Below are positions 40,515-50,648 of a stretch of 64,000 nt of DNA, piece after piece. Below the pieces are notes generated by a model. It was not told where the DNA came from, searched no databases, and saw only the letters and a list, made by a program, of their open reading frames with translations. Source of the DNA: Elusimicrobiota bacterium (GTDB lineage: Bacteria > Elusimicrobiota > Elusimicrobia > UBA1565); contig JBDRPD010000025.1 in assembly GCA_043827405.1 (NCBI GenBank), positions 24,238 to 88,237 of the forward strand. The letters run 5' to 3'. Each line of letters begins with the position of its first letter. Position 1 is the stretch's first letter. Position numbers and translations under genes: made by a program.

Positions 40515-41999
40515 TTGATCTCCACAACCCGCCGGCGCATCCAGCTGCTGTTTCTGCTCTTCAGCATCACCGCGTCCTTTGGGCTCATCACGCATCGCGG
40601 CGTCATCGCCGGCTACAACTCGATGCACGTCTTCCCTTCCCTGTCCGCGCTGTTTTGGCTGGCCCTGCCGCCCGCGATATGGATGACGGCGCTGTTTTTG
40701 CTGCTGCCGCTGATTGCCGGGCGGCTCTACTGCTCCTACCTGTGCCCCGTCGGGCTGCTGCAGGACCTGGCCGCCCGGTTGGGGGATAAGCTCGGGATCA
40801 AAGCGCGCCCGGTCGCGGGTTTTCATGAACTGCGCATCCTGGTGCTGGTCATGAGCGTCGGCTTCATGGCGCTCTGGTCTTCGACCTATCTCTACTTCGA
40901 CCACTTCAGCAACCTCGGACGGGTCTACGGCGTGCTGGATGCGCTGGCCTCCGGCGGTCCGTTCGGCACGAGCTTCGCGCTCGGCCTGCTCTTTCTCGGG
41001 ACCATACTCATCGTTCCAATATTTTTTCCGCGCTGGTTCTGCGCCGCGCTATGCCCGTCGGGCACGCTGTTCATGCTCCTGCAGCGCTGGTCTTTGTTTA
41101 AGGTCCGCATCAACGAGGACTGCGCCGAATGCGGCCTCTGCCATGACGCCTGCCCCGTCCGCTGCATCCACGACGAAGGGATCGACATGGACCAATGCAT
41201 CGCCTGCCTGGAATGCCTGCGGGTCTGCCCCTCCGAGGCGATCGGGTACAATGCCGGAGCGGGCCGGATCGGACGCCTCTTCGCCGAGCGCAAGCCCGAC
41301 CGGCCGGCCGGCGCCGCGGCGAGCCGGAAGAGCTTTCTCAAGACCGCGACGGCGGCGGCCCTCGGCGCGGCGGGCGCCTACTTCGTCAAGGTGCGGATTC
41401 TCGAAGCCGCCCCGAGCCGCCCCAATACCGTGGTGCCGCCGGGAGGCTCCTCCTGGGACCAGTTTTTGCAGCGCTGCGTAGGCTGCCATGCCTGCGTCAA
41501 CGTCTGCCCCACCGATGTCCTGATGCCGGCCGACTTCGAAAACTCGGCGCTGGGGCTGGGCAAGATCCGGATGGACTACGACGCCGGCTATTGCTCCTAT
41601 GAGTGCAACGCCTGCCTGAGCGTCTGTCCCTCGCGGGCGCTTTCCTATTATCCGCTGCCGGTCAAACAGCGGATAAAGATGGGATCATCCAAGATCGACG
41701 AAGAGCTCTGCATCCCCTACGCGAAAGGCAAGGACTGCGCCGCCTGCCATGAGCAGTGCCCCACCGGCGCCATCACCATGAAGAAGCATAAAGGGGTATT
41801 CGCGCCGGTGGTCAACGACGACTACTGCATCGGCTGCGGCGCATGCGATTATGCCTGTCCGGTGACCCCGGACAAGGCCGTGCGCGTGACCCCGCGCGAG
41901 GTCCACACCTTCGCCTTTAATCCCAAGCAGCACGGCCCCAAGGCGAAGATCGGCGAGCAGTTCCTGCGCGAAGCGCAGGACGAGGGCTTCCCCTTCTAA
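40515..41999 (+). CDS. Membrane polyferredoxin (NapH/MauN plus NapF/MauM-like)
   Basis: TM region with two CxxxCP motifs, then about six CxxCxxCxxxCP-type clusters. Confidence 0.88.
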   Translation: MISTTRRRIQLLFLLFSITASFGLITHRGVIAGYNSMHVFPSLSALFWLALPPAIWMTALFLLLPLIAGRLYCSYLCPVGLLQDLAARLGDKLGIKARPVAGFHELRILVLVMSVGFMALWSSTYLYFDHFSNLGRVYGVLDALASGGPFGTSFALGLLFLGTILIVPIFFPRWFCAALCPSGTLFMLLQRWSLFKVRINEDCAECGLCHDACPVRCIHDEGIDMDQCIACLECLRVCPSEAIGYNAGAGRIGRLFAERKPDRPAGAAASRKSFLKTATAAALGAAGAYFVKVRILEAAPSRPNTVVPPGGSSWDQFLQRCVGCHACVNVCPTDVLMPADFENSALGLGKIRMDYDAGYCSYECNACLSVCPSRALSYYPLPVKQRIKMGSSKIDEELCIPYAKGKDCAACHEQCPTGAITMKKHKGVFAPVVNDDYCIGCGACDYACPVTPDKAVRVTPREVHTFAFNPKQHGPKAKIGEQFLREAQDEGFPF

Positions 42000-42006
42000 C
42001 GGAACG

Positions 42007-42219
42007 CTACCACCAACGCCCGCGGTTCTGATAGGTCTTGATGAAGGACTCGATGGAGCGGTCGTAGGTCCGCTCGACGTCGTTGGGAAACATGCAGGCC
42101 GGGAGCTCGCCCATCCGCCAATGATACGGCAGGCATTCGCAGCAGATGCCTTTGCGCGAGCACGGCTCATAGCTGCAGTTGCAGCGCTTTTTATTCTTCT
42201 CGGATATGCATTCTCTCAT
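42007..42219 (-). CDS. Small Cys-rich protein (DUF6485-like)
   Basis: [17 protein letters not shown]...H...LPAC...TYDRS; GGAGG RBS. Confidence 0.75.
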   Translation of the reverse strand: MRECISEKNKKRCNCSYEPCSRKGICCECLPYHWRMGELPACMFPNDVERTYDRSIESFIKTYQNRGRWW

Positions 42220-42315
42220 GGCCGTAACCTCCTCTTCCTTCATATCCATTATAACTAGTTGACCCCGGTCCAGCTTGCGCGTCCCGCGCCCAGGGGCTAT
42301 CCTAGTGATCGCGAT

Positions 42316-43194
42316 ATGATCTGCCCCAACTGCGGCGATGAAGGCGGCGCGGCCACGGATCAATGCCCATACTGCGGCATTTTCTATATCAAATGGATGA
42401 TCCGCCAGCACCGCACAAGAAAGACCGGCGGTAATAATAGGCGGCGCCCGCCGCGCCGGACCTGGGGCCGAGCCTGGACGCTGGCGCTCGTCATCGGCTT
42501 TGCCGCCGGCGCCGCCGCTGCCCGGTATATCCTGTCGGGCGCCGCACCGCGACCGAATCCCTATGCGCGCCTCGGCGCAGCGCCGAGTCTGCTGCGCGAG
42601 CGCACCAAGGACATCCTGCGCGACGCGCTCATCCAGGCCAAACCGCTCGACGTACGGCTGGAGCCGGTGGATTTCACCGGCTACTTCCTGCAGGGCGTCA
42701 ACAGCCTGAATCTCGAAAACCTAAAAGCGTCGGATGCGCGGGTGCGGCCGCTGCGCCCCGGCACAGCACAGGAGAGCAAGGCGGAAGACACCTTGCCCTG
42801 CAAGTGCCTGGTCGCCGGACAGTGGAAATACTTCGCCTCCCCCCCGGGGAAGGCGGCCGGCGCGCAGGAATGCTGGTCGAGCATCCGCAAGCTCAAGCGC
42901 GACACCATCTGGGACAACCCCTTCTGGGAGATCAGCTGGGAGAAGCTGGTCTGGGCTCCCGCCAAGAAACGCTGGGCGCATTTCACGCCGGAGGAAGACC
43001 GCGCTTTTTTCGCGCGCTTCATCGCCGAGGAGCTCGACGCGAATGCCGAGAAGCTGGACGCCGAGCAGTCGCTGCGCGAATTTCGCGCCGCCGGCAAGAA
43101 CCCGGCGCTGCTGAAGATCGCCCTGGTAACCGCCTACCGCACGCGGCTGCGCCGGGCGGGAGCACGCTACCGTCTGGAAAAAATGGAAAAATAA
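42316..43194 (+). CDS. Zinc-ribbon plus TM hypothetical protein
   Basis: CPNCG...CPYCGI followed by one TM helix. Confidence 0.65.
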   Translation: MICPNCGDEGGAATDQCPYCGIFYIKWMIRQHRTRKTGGNNRRRPPRRTWGRAWTLALVIGFAAGAAAARYILSGAAPRPNPYARLGAAPSLLRERTKDILRDALIQAKPLDVRLEPVDFTGYFLQGVNSLNLENLKASDARVRPLRPGTAQESKAEDTLPCKCLVAGQWKYFASPPGKAAGAQECWSSIRKLKRDTIWDNPFWEISWEKLVWAPAKKRWAHFTPEEDRAFFARFIAEELDANAEKLDAEQSLREFRAAGKNPALLKIALVTAYRTRLRRAGARYRLEKMEK

Positions 43195-43202
43195 TACCGC
43201 TT

Positions 43203-44216
43203 ATGGAAAAATCCGCGAAGCGCAGCGCCGCAACCACCGCCGGGAAGACCTACTCTTTCAGCGACCAGCACAATCCGGAACAGCCGGCAAACCACTGGTT
43301 CCAGCAGACCCCCGAGGGTCAGACCCTGTTCCTCGTACTCTACACCCAAGCCTGCCTGTGGGCGCAATGCGTCGGCTGCAACCTGCCGTCATTGGTCAGC
43401 AAGAAGCATGTCCCGTTCGGCAAGATCATGCAGCAGATCGACCATGTTTTCGAGCGCATGATCTCCCCGGCCGGGGCGCAGAGCCTGCGCAAGATCATCC
43501 TTTCCAACAACGGCTCGGTCCTCGACGAACGCACCTTCTCGACCACCGCGCTGCTCTACTTCGTGGCCAAGATGAACATGCACTGTCCCGGAGTGCGGGT
43601 CCTCACCCTGGAGAGCCGCGCCGAATACATCGACGAAGAGGAGCTCGAGGTGCTGGCGCGGGCGCTGCGCGAAGGAGCGTTCAGCACCGACCTGGAGCTC
43701 GCCATCGGCTTCGAGGCTTTCGACGACCGGATTCGCAACCGCGTTTTCCGCAAGGGGCTTTCGCTCAAGACATTCGAAAACACGGTCCGCAACGCCGCCC
43801 GGCACGGCTTCCGCATCAAGGCCTACTTCATGCTCAAGCCGGTGCTCGGCATGTCCGAAACGGAGGCGGTGGAAGACATCCGGCAGGGCCTGCGGTACCT
43901 GGATATGCTCGCCAAAAAATACGACGCCACGATCAATATGCATCTTAACCCCACCTTCGTGGCCAAGGGGACGATCCTGGAAACCGCGTTCCGCGACGGG
44001 CGCTACGCGCCGCCGGCGCTCGAATCGCTGCGGCGGGCGGCGCTCGCCGCCGCCGGGACAAAGGTTTCCGTATACCTCGGCCTCTACGACGAAGGAATGG
44101 CGGTTTCCGGGGGCTCCTTCATCCGGCGCGGCGACGGCCCGCTCCTGCGGCGGCTGCGGCGGTTCAATAAAACGCAGGATTTTAACCTGCTGAAGCCCGG
44201 GACGCCCGGGCGCTAG
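43203..44216 (+). CDS. Radical SAM protein resembling TIGR01210/RaSEA
   Basis: CLWAQCVGC, GSVLD, LESRAEY, IGFE, KAYFMLKP, LNPTFVAKGT, YAPP. Confidence 0.75.
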   Translation: MEKSAKRSAATTAGKTYSFSDQHNPEQPANHWFQQTPEGQTLFLVLYTQACLWAQCVGCNLPSLVSKKHVPFGKIMQQIDHVFERMISPAGAQSLRKIILSNNGSVLDERTFSTTALLYFVAKMNMHCPGVRVLTLESRAEYIDEEELEVLARALREGAFSTDLELAIGFEAFDDRIRNRVFRKGLSLKTFENTVRNAARHGFRIKAYFMLKPVLGMSETEAVEDIRQGLRYLDMLAKKYDATINMHLNPTFVAKGTILETAFRDGRYAPPALESLRRAALAAAGTKVSVYLGLYDEGMAVSGGSFIRRGDGPLLRRLRRFNKTQDFNLLKPGTPGR

Positions 44217-45241
44217 AACGCCTTTTCCGGCGCGGTTTCGAGCGCCGCGCAGATTCGCGCCAGCTCCGTTAGCGGCCCGGGCGGCGCGTCCAGCTCGTCG
44301 AGCCCCTCGCGCAGGCGCCGCAGACAGGGCGCAATAAACCTACGGAAGCCGCGCTTCTTCTTCACCCGGGTCAGGAAGCTGAAAGCGCCCAGCGCCTGCA
44401 TATTGCGCTGCAGCCCGGCGAGGAGGAAGGCGCGCGCCAACGCTTCCCGCTCGAGCGCGGCGCCGGAACGGGAAACGAGCTCGCGGCGAAAGAACTCCAA
44501 CAGCTCGCCGCGCAGCGTCGCGGGAAAATCCACATAGGCGTCCTTGAGCAGCGAGGCGAGGTCGTAGGCGCAGCCGCCGCGGCGGGCGCCCTGAAAGTCC
44601 ACTACGCGAACCATCGCGTCTTTAAACATGATGTTCATCGACTGAAAATCGCGGTGGATCAGCGGCCCGGGCGGCTGCTCGCGCTCCACGGCCGCGGCCA
44701 GGCGCTCAAACTCGTCGGTAAGCGCCGAGGTCCGTTCAGCCGACAGGCCGCATTCGCCCTGCAAAAAGTTCTCGCGAAAATAATCGGTCTCCCACCGCAG
44801 GCGCTTCATATCGAGCGCCCGCTCCGCGGCGGACGGGCAGTCGGCAAGCGTGTCGCGGGTCTCGACCTGCAGCCGGGCCAGCAAAGTCAGCACCGCGCGA
44901 TAACGCGCGGCCAGCGCGCGGACATCCGTCGCGCGCGAGGCGACGGCATAGAGCGTCTCGTCGCCCAAATCTTCCATAACCAGTGAGCAGGTCTCAGGAT
45001 CGGTCTCATGGATCTCGGGAGCGCCCAGACCCATACGGTGCAGATAGCGTCCGATCTCAACGTAGCGCGGAAAATCCGGGTCATTGCGGGGCGAGACCAT
45101 AAGAACGGCATCCCGCTCGCCCAGCCGCAGGCGGTAGAACAAGCGGTCGGAACCCTGCTCCACAAGCAGCGACGCCCGGGTCCCCGGACCGAAACCCGCC
45201 GCGCGGACGATGCCCCGGGTGAGGATATCCTCGGCGCTCAT
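44213..45241 (-). CDS. AmgK-like sugar/aminoglycoside phosphotransferase
   Basis: GSDRLFYR, MEDLGD, IHRDFQSMNI, VDFQGA, YDLASLL, RNMQALG. Confidence 0.85.
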   Translation of the reverse strand: MSAEDILTRGIVRAAGFGPGTRASLLVEQGSDRLFYRLRLGERDAVLMVSPRNDPDFPRYVEIGRYLHRMGLGAPEIHETDPETCSLVMEDLGDETLYAVASRATDVRALAARYRAVLTLLARLQVETRDTLADCPSAAERALDMKRLRWETDYFRENFLQGECGLSAERTSALTDEFERLAAAVEREQPPGPLIHRDFQSMNIMFKDAMVRVVDFQGARRGGCAYDLASLLKDAYVDFPATLRGELLEFFRRELVSRSGAALEREALARAFLLAGLQRNMQALGAFSFLTRVKKKRGFRRFIAPCLRRLREGLDELDAPPGPLTELARICAALETAPEKAF

Positions 45242-46179
45242 GCCCGGTCTCCGCGGCAAGCGAAGCCGTCGCCCACCACCGCCGCCGCATATACCGCCCC
45301 GGCGCCGATATGCGCGCCGTCCAGCACCACGCAGTCCCTGAGCCGCGCCCCGGCCTCGATACGGGCGCCGCGGCAGACGGAAACAAAACCCGAGAGCTCG
45401 GCGCCGGGATCCACCTCGGCGCCCGCGCACACCTGCACGGGACCGCGCGGCACTTCGGGGAACCTGAGCAGCCCCTCGGAGAGAATCTCTCGATGGACAT
45501 CCAAATAGCGCCCGACATCCTCGATGTTCCTCCAGTAGGCGCCGTCCGCCGCGCAGGCGCAAACGCAGCCGGGCGCGGCGGAAATACCCTTAAGCAGCGC
45601 TTCCATTACCGAGCAGAAACGCTCCCGCTGCGGCAGCAGCTCGAATAAGCGGCGGGACATGACGGCAATGCCGATAAAGGCGCGAAGCCTGCTTCCCGCG
45701 GGCGGCGCGACTCCGCGCCGGCCCGCGATATCGAGAACCTCTCCCTGCGCGGAGACCAGCACTTTGTTCTCCGGGCCGCTGTCCTGCACCACCAGGGTCG
45801 CCAGCGGCGAGCCGGCGCCGCGATGCGCGCTCACCGCGCGCGCGACGGCAAAATCGGTCAGCTCATCGGCGTTATGGTAGATGAAGATGTCGTCTTCGGC
45901 CAGCACCGCACGGGCCTTGACCAACGCGCCGCCCGAACCCAGAATTTCCGGCTCATGCGACAGCAGGACGCGCTCCTTTTCCGCCAGCCCCTCCGTAAAA
46001 ACCGCTATACGCTCCGGCAGATGATGGGTATTCACCACGACGCGGCGGGCGGCGCCGAGTCCGCCGATGATCCGCGCAAGGAGGGGCACTCCGGCGACCG
46101 GCAGCAGCGGCTTGGGAAGGCGCTCCGAAAGGGGGCGCATGCGGGTGCCCAGCCCCGCGGCCAGGACAATCGCGTTCAC
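45238..46179 (-). CDS. MurU-like nucleotidyltransferase with C-terminal left-handed beta helix
   Basis: LAAGLGTRMRPL, PKPLL, NTHHL, EILGSGG, NAD. Confidence 0.85.
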   Translation of the reverse strand: MNAIVLAAGLGTRMRPLSERLPKPLLPVAGVPLLARIIGGLGAARRVVVNTHHLPERIAVFTEGLAEKERVLLSHEPEILGSGGALVKARAVLAEDDIFIYHNADELTDFAVARAVSAHRGAGSPLATLVVQDSGPENKVLVSAQGEVLDIAGRRGVAPPAGSRLRAFIGIAVMSRRLFELLPQRERFCSVMEALLKGISAAPGCVCACAADGAYWRNIEDVGRYLDVHREILSEGLLRFPEVPRGPVQVCAGAEVDPGAELSGFVSVCRGARIEAGARLRDCVVLDGAHIGAGAVYAAAVVGDGFACRGDRA

Positions 46180-46201
46180 CCCAGGATGTTAACAAATACG
46201 G

Positions 46202-47281
46202 CTAGGCCGTCGGCGCGCGAACGGGCGCGGCGAGCTCAAGCAGAAAGCGGCTGCCGCCGCCCTCGCGCCCTTCGACCCACAAGCGGCCGCCCAGCGCCTC
46301 GGCGGCGATGCGGCAAAACCGCAGGCCCGTGCCGGAGCGGGCGGAGTTCTCGAAGATGCGCTTGCGCTCACTGAAAGCGATCCCGGGGCCCCGATCGCAG
46401 ACCGCGAAACGAACGGCGCCGCTTTTACCGTCACGCGCCGCCTCGACGCCGACGGATCCGCCGCCGTGCCGGAAGGCGTTGCTCACCAGGTGCGCCAGCA
46501 CGCGCACCACGAGCGATAGATCGGTCTCGATCTCCAGATCCCGCGGGGTTTCATTATCGAACGCGATGCGGTCGGCATGCTTGTCGGCGGTGAACTTGCC
46601 GTAGAGTTCGTCGAGGATCAATCCGATATGCACCGGCGCGCGTTCCGCCTTAAGCGCGCTCTGCTCCAGCTGATCGGTATCAATGACGTCGTTGATCATC
46701 ATTAGCATCCGCTCCGAAGTCCGGCAGGACTCATCGATGAGGCCGGCGGACTCCCCCTCAGCCGTCGGCCCTCCCCGCCGCAGCTTCTGCAGCGCGTCGC
46801 GGACCGCGGTCAGCGGCTCACGGAGGCTGCGCGCCACCATCTCCGTGAGGTCGCGGCGAGCCTTAAGCTCATGGCGAAGACGCGCGCGTTCGAGCTCCAA
46901 ATCGCGCGTCGCGCGCCGCAGCTTGATATGCAGCCCGACCCGCGCGGTAAGCTCGGACCAGGAAAACGGCTTTACGACATAGTCGAAACCGCCGGCATTA
47001 AAGCCCCGCATCCTGCTTTTTTTGTCGGACTGTGCGGTAATGAAGATAATGGGCGTGCCGTCATTGTCGCGTTCCCGCATCCAGCGGCACAGATCAAAAC
47101 CCGAGCCGTCGGGCAAGCCGACGTCCAACAGGACGGCGTCCGGCGGGACGCGTTCAAATGCGGCGCGGCCTTCGGCCGCGGTGCCAGCGATCTCGACCTT
47201 CCAGCCGGCCATCTCCAGATAGCTCCGGGCCATGGTTTGAATCGTCGGATCATCTTCAATAAACAGGATTTTATCCTTCAT
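46202..47281 (-). CDS. REC-HisKA-HATPase hybrid with degenerate H-box
   Basis: Intact receiver; MVARSLREPL where HDLxxPL is expected; DRGPGI, GTGL. Confidence 0.85.
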   Translation of the reverse strand: MKDKILFIEDDPTIQTMARSYLEMAGWKVEIAGTAAEGRAAFERVPPDAVLLDVGLPDGSGFDLCRWMRERDNDGTPIIFITAQSDKKSRMRGFNAGGFDYVVKPFSWSELTARVGLHIKLRRATRDLELERARLRHELKARRDLTEMVARSLREPLTAVRDALQKLRRGGPTAEGESAGLIDESCRTSERMLMMINDVIDTDQLEQSALKAERAPVHIGLILDELYGKFTADKHADRIAFDNETPRDLEIETDLSLVVRVLAHLVSNAFRHGGGSVGVEAARDGKSGAVRFAVCDRGPGIAFSERKRIFENSARSGTGLRFCRIAAEALGGRLWVEGREGGGSRFLLELAAPVRAPTA

Positions 47282-47447
47282 CTTATGCCTCGCCGATAGC
47301 ATAGCCGCCGCCGCTTGCCGGCGCATAACATTCGTCTCACATCCGAATCAAATCGCCGCGGCCGCCTGTTGAGACGAAATTGAGACGCTGATGAGGCCCC
47401 TGATAACCGCCGCTGATAACATGTTTACAACGCCCAGGAGAAACCCG

Positions 47448-48137
47448 ATGCGCTATAAAATTCTGCTCGCCGACGACGATGAAACCACCCGCCGGCTGAT
47501 GAAGCTCCAGCTGAACCGGTCGGGCTACGCGGTCGTCTCCTGCGAGTCCGGCATTGAGGTGATGCAGAAGGCCGCGCTCTCCCAGCCGGACCTGCTCCTC
47601 CTCGACGTCCTGCTCGGCGACGCGGACGGACGCGAGCTGTGCCGCCGGATGCGCGCGCAAACTCAGACGGCGAATATTCCGGTGATCCTGATGTCGGGGA
47701 CGCGGCGGGACGCGGCGGACGTGGTCGACGGCCTGCGCGGCGGCGCCGACGACTACGTCATCAAGCATAGCGACCCCGCGGTGCTCCTGGCGCGCATCGC
47801 GGCGGTTCTGCGGCGCTTTAAAACCCCGGTCGAAAAGCAGGACGAGCTCCAGTTTTGCGGCCTGACGCTCAATACCGCCGAGCGAACGGTTCGTTCCGTC
47901 GATGGCACGGTCTCGCTCACCCGCAGGGAATTCGACCTGCTGACGCTGCTGATACGCAAGTTCGGCCGCACCTTGTCGCCGCAGTATTTGCTGGAAACCG
48001 TTTGGGGACATGAGCTCGAGGACTACAACGACACCCACACCGTGGTCGTGCACATCTCGCGGCTGAAGAAAAAGCTGGGGCCGGCTTTCGCGGCCCGCAT
48101 CAAAAACATCGTCGGCTCCGGCTACAAGCTGTCCTAA
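47448..48137 (+). CDS. OmpR/PhoB family response regulator
   Basis: REC plus winged helix (LTRREFDLL, VHISRLKKKL, GSGY). Confidence 0.92.
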   Translation: MRYKILLADDDETTRRLMKLQLNRSGYAVVSCESGIEVMQKAALSQPDLLLLDVLLGDADGRELCRRMRAQTQTANIPVILMSGTRRDAADVVDGLRGGADDYVIKHSDPAVLLARIAAVLRRFKTPVEKQDELQFCGLTLNTAERTVRSVDGTVSLTRREFDLLTLLIRKFGRTLSPQYLLETVWGHELEDYNDTHTVVVHISRLKKKLGPAFAARIKNIVGSGYKLS

Positions 48138-48144
48138 AAGGCGG

Positions 48145-48642
48145 CTAGCGCCGGTCCACGGCTTCCGCCGCCTGCTCGGCGTGCCGCAGGACTTCCTGAG
48201 CGCCGCGTATCCCGCGCAGCAGCTTGGGCGTATTCTGGTGCAGACGGCCGATCATTACCGCCCGCATGCCCACCTCCACCAGGCGGCCGACCGCCCGCGG
48301 CTTATCCACGCAGTCCAGCAGGTTGCTCAGCCCGGCGAGACGCTTCTTGATATCGCCCCGGATCGAGGACGCGCTGACCACGATCACCGGCACGCCGCGC
48401 ATCGCGGGGAAGAGGTTCATGTATTCCAGAACATCCGCCCCGGATACCCGCGGCATGCACATATCCAGCAGAACCGCCGCCGGACGCCGCTCGCTCAAAT
48501 GCAGGATCGCCTCCTCGCCTCCCGACGCGGTAACGACATCGAAGTGCTTCGCCAGCCGCGCCCGGCAGATCGCCCGGTACACCGGATCATCGTCCACCAC
48601 CAGGATGGTGGGACGCTCTTCAGCTGTTTCATTCTTGCCCAT
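48145..48642 (-). CDS. Single-domain response regulator
   Basis: VVDDD, LDMCMP, KP. Confidence 0.85.
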   Translation of the reverse strand: MGKNETAEERPTILVVDDDPVYRAICRARLAKHFDVVTASGGEEAILHLSERRPAAVLLDMCMPRVSGADVLEYMNLFPAMRGVPVIVVSASSIRGDIKKRLAGLSNLLDCVDKPRAVGRLVEVGMRAVMIGRLHQNTPKLLRGIRGAQEVLRHAEQAAEAVDRR

Positions 48643-48659
48643 GGTTAGACCTCTTATGC

Positions 48660-50648
48660 TCAGGCGGCGGCATCCGCCGGCTCTGCGATCTCCAAACTAA
48701 AGAAGAAAGCCGCTCCCTTTTTTTCTTCGCTTTCAACCCATAATCCGCCTTTATGCGCGGTGATCAGGTGCTTGACGATCGACAGGCCGAGCCCCACGCC
48801 GTCGCGATGCTGATGCTTGGTCTCAACCTGCTGGAACCGCTCGAAAATTCTCTTCTGGTTTTCCTCCGAGATGCCGATACCCGTATCCCTGACCGTGATC
48901 ACCGCCATCCCTTCATGCTCTCCCGTCCCCGGGGCGGCGCTCACATGAATCTGTCCGTCGGCCGGGGTGCTTTTAATCGCATTGGAAATCAGGTTGGTGA
49001 CGATCTGCACCACGCGGCCATGATCCGCGACGACATAGCGCGCGGCGCCGAGGTTCTCGACGTCCAGGCCGAGCCAGAGCTTCTTCGACGCCGCCCAGGG
49101 CTGCAGGCCTTCCATCGCCTCCTGCAAGATGGGCTCGAGCTCGGTAACGACCAGCTCCGTCTTGAGCTGGCCCGCCTTGAGCTTGGAGAAATCGAGGATC
49201 TCGTCGATCATGGACTTGAGACGCGCGCCGTTGCGCCGGCTGATGTCGAGAAACTTGCGCTCCTGCTTCTGCAGCCGGCCGCCGGCCATATCGGCGAGTA
49301 TCTCCAGGGCGGAACATATCGAGCTCAGGGGCGCCTTGAGCTCATGCGTGACATGGGAAAGAAACTCCTCTTCCCTGCGCTCGGCTTCCTTGTATTTGGT
49401 CTGATGGGGCATCACGCCGACGGTGCCGACCACGCGGCCTTGTTCGTCCTGGATCACCGCCATGGAATTTTTCAGCGCGCGCATATCGCTCTTGCGCCCG
49501 GCGAGCCGGATATTTTTGGAGATGTGCCGGTCGGTCGGTATGCGCATCTCCTCCGCCAGCGCCGCGATCTGTGTTTCATCGTCTACGCAATCGAGAACCG
49601 GCCGGCCCGCGACGTCGACCAGGCGCCTGCCGATAATCTCCTCGGCGATGGGATCCAGCATCAGGATTCGACCCTCGGCGTCGACGGTCACCCGGCCGCC
49701 CGCGAAGCCGCTCATCACATTCTCGGCGCGCGCGCGCTCATTTAGCACCACGTGATGCTCGAGCCTTATATGCTTCGTGGACTGCTCAACACGGCGCTCG
49801 ATTGCCCCCTTGACCATGCGCACGGCCTCGGAATAGAACGCGGCCCGCTCCTGGGGATCGCTGATCGAGCGCTCGACCAAATTTTTAATCAAGCCGCCGA
49901 ACCCCTGACCGGAGCCCGACCCGGCGGCCGCACCGCCGCCGCCCGAAGCAGAACCGCCCGCCGAACCTGCCGGACCATAGGCCGGGGGATAGTACCCCGC
50001 CCCGGGATCATAACCGGCCGCCGGCTCGGCGGGAGCGCGGTACTGCGGCGGCGGGGCGGCAGGCTGCCGCCGGGGAATCGGGCTTTCGATCTCCGCCGGT
50101 TCGGCCGGCTGCGGCCGCGGCCGCGGGGCGCTCTTCGCATATTCATCAATGATCTGCGTGTTCATATGACTCACGCCCTTCTGCTTCAAATAATCCTGCA
50201 CCGCGATCTCTTTGACTTCATTGGAGGGTATGGCGCCGAGCTCGCACAGCGCGGCCAACTCATAGAGCAGTATGCCTTTGAGGAAGGTAACGCTATGCAG
50301 ATCCTGAAGACGAAACAGTTCAACTAGAATTTCCGGGATATGGGCGGATTCGCTCAACACCGCCTCATTGACATACCAGCGCCCCTCGCGCATGGCATAC
50401 GTAACTTCTTCCCACTGCATATCCTCAAACACCGCCTTAAGATAGCCGTGACATTCCTGCAGCGCCGAGGTGGGGACCGGATGATCCGGCTTGTACAAAG
50501 TCATCAGCTTGATAGTTTGGCCCAAAGTCTTGAGAAAATCCCGGCACGTGATGAGCGTCTTCTTGGTCAATGGGCGCTCTCCTCCCCAATCGCTCAAGGA
50601 TGATTCCGCGCGCGCAGGAACGGCGTCAGGCTCAGAACGGCTCATCAT
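48660..50648 (-). CDS. Soluble PAS sensor histidine kinase with unknown N-terminal domain
   Basis: THELKAPL, NLISNAIK, DTGIGI, GLGL; Pro/Gly-rich linker. Confidence 0.9.
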   Translation of the reverse strand: MMSRSEPDAVPARAESSLSDWGGERPLTKKTLITCRDFLKTLGQTIKLMTLYKPDHPVPTSALQECHGYLKAVFEDMQWEEVTYAMREGRWYVNEAVLSESAHIPEILVELFRLQDLHSVTFLKGILLYELAALCELGAIPSNEVKEIAVQDYLKQKGVSHMNTQIIDEYAKSAPRPRPQPAEPAEIESPIPRRQPAAPPPQYRAPAEPAAGYDPGAGYYPPAYGPAGSAGGSASGGGGAAAGSGSGQGFGGLIKNLVERSISDPQERAAFYSEAVRMVKGAIERRVEQSTKHIRLEHHVVLNERARAENVMSGFAGGRVTVDAEGRILMLDPIAEEIIGRRLVDVAGRPVLDCVDDETQIAALAEEMRIPTDRHISKNIRLAGRKSDMRALKNSMAVIQDEQGRVVGTVGVMPHQTKYKEAERREEEFLSHVTHELKAPLSSICSALEILADMAGGRLQKQERKFLDISRRNGARLKSMIDEILDFSKLKAGQLKTELVVTELEPILQEAMEGLQPWAASKKLWLGLDVENLGAARYVVADHGRVVQIVTNLISNAIKSTPADGQIHVSAAPGTGEHEGMAVITVRDTGIGISEENQKRIFERFQQVETKHQHRDGVGLGLSIVKHLITAHKGGLWVESEEKKGAAFFFSLEIAEPADAAA

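Noticed and set aside
42804..43202. N-terminal extension of the radical SAM ORF
   Set aside because: It overlaps the upstream gene in another frame; the ATG at 43203 follows that gene's stop
49900..50130. Pro/Gly/Ala-rich repetitive DNA in the kinase (also in tonB and pilB)
   Set aside because: In-frame low-complexity linkers, not independent repeats
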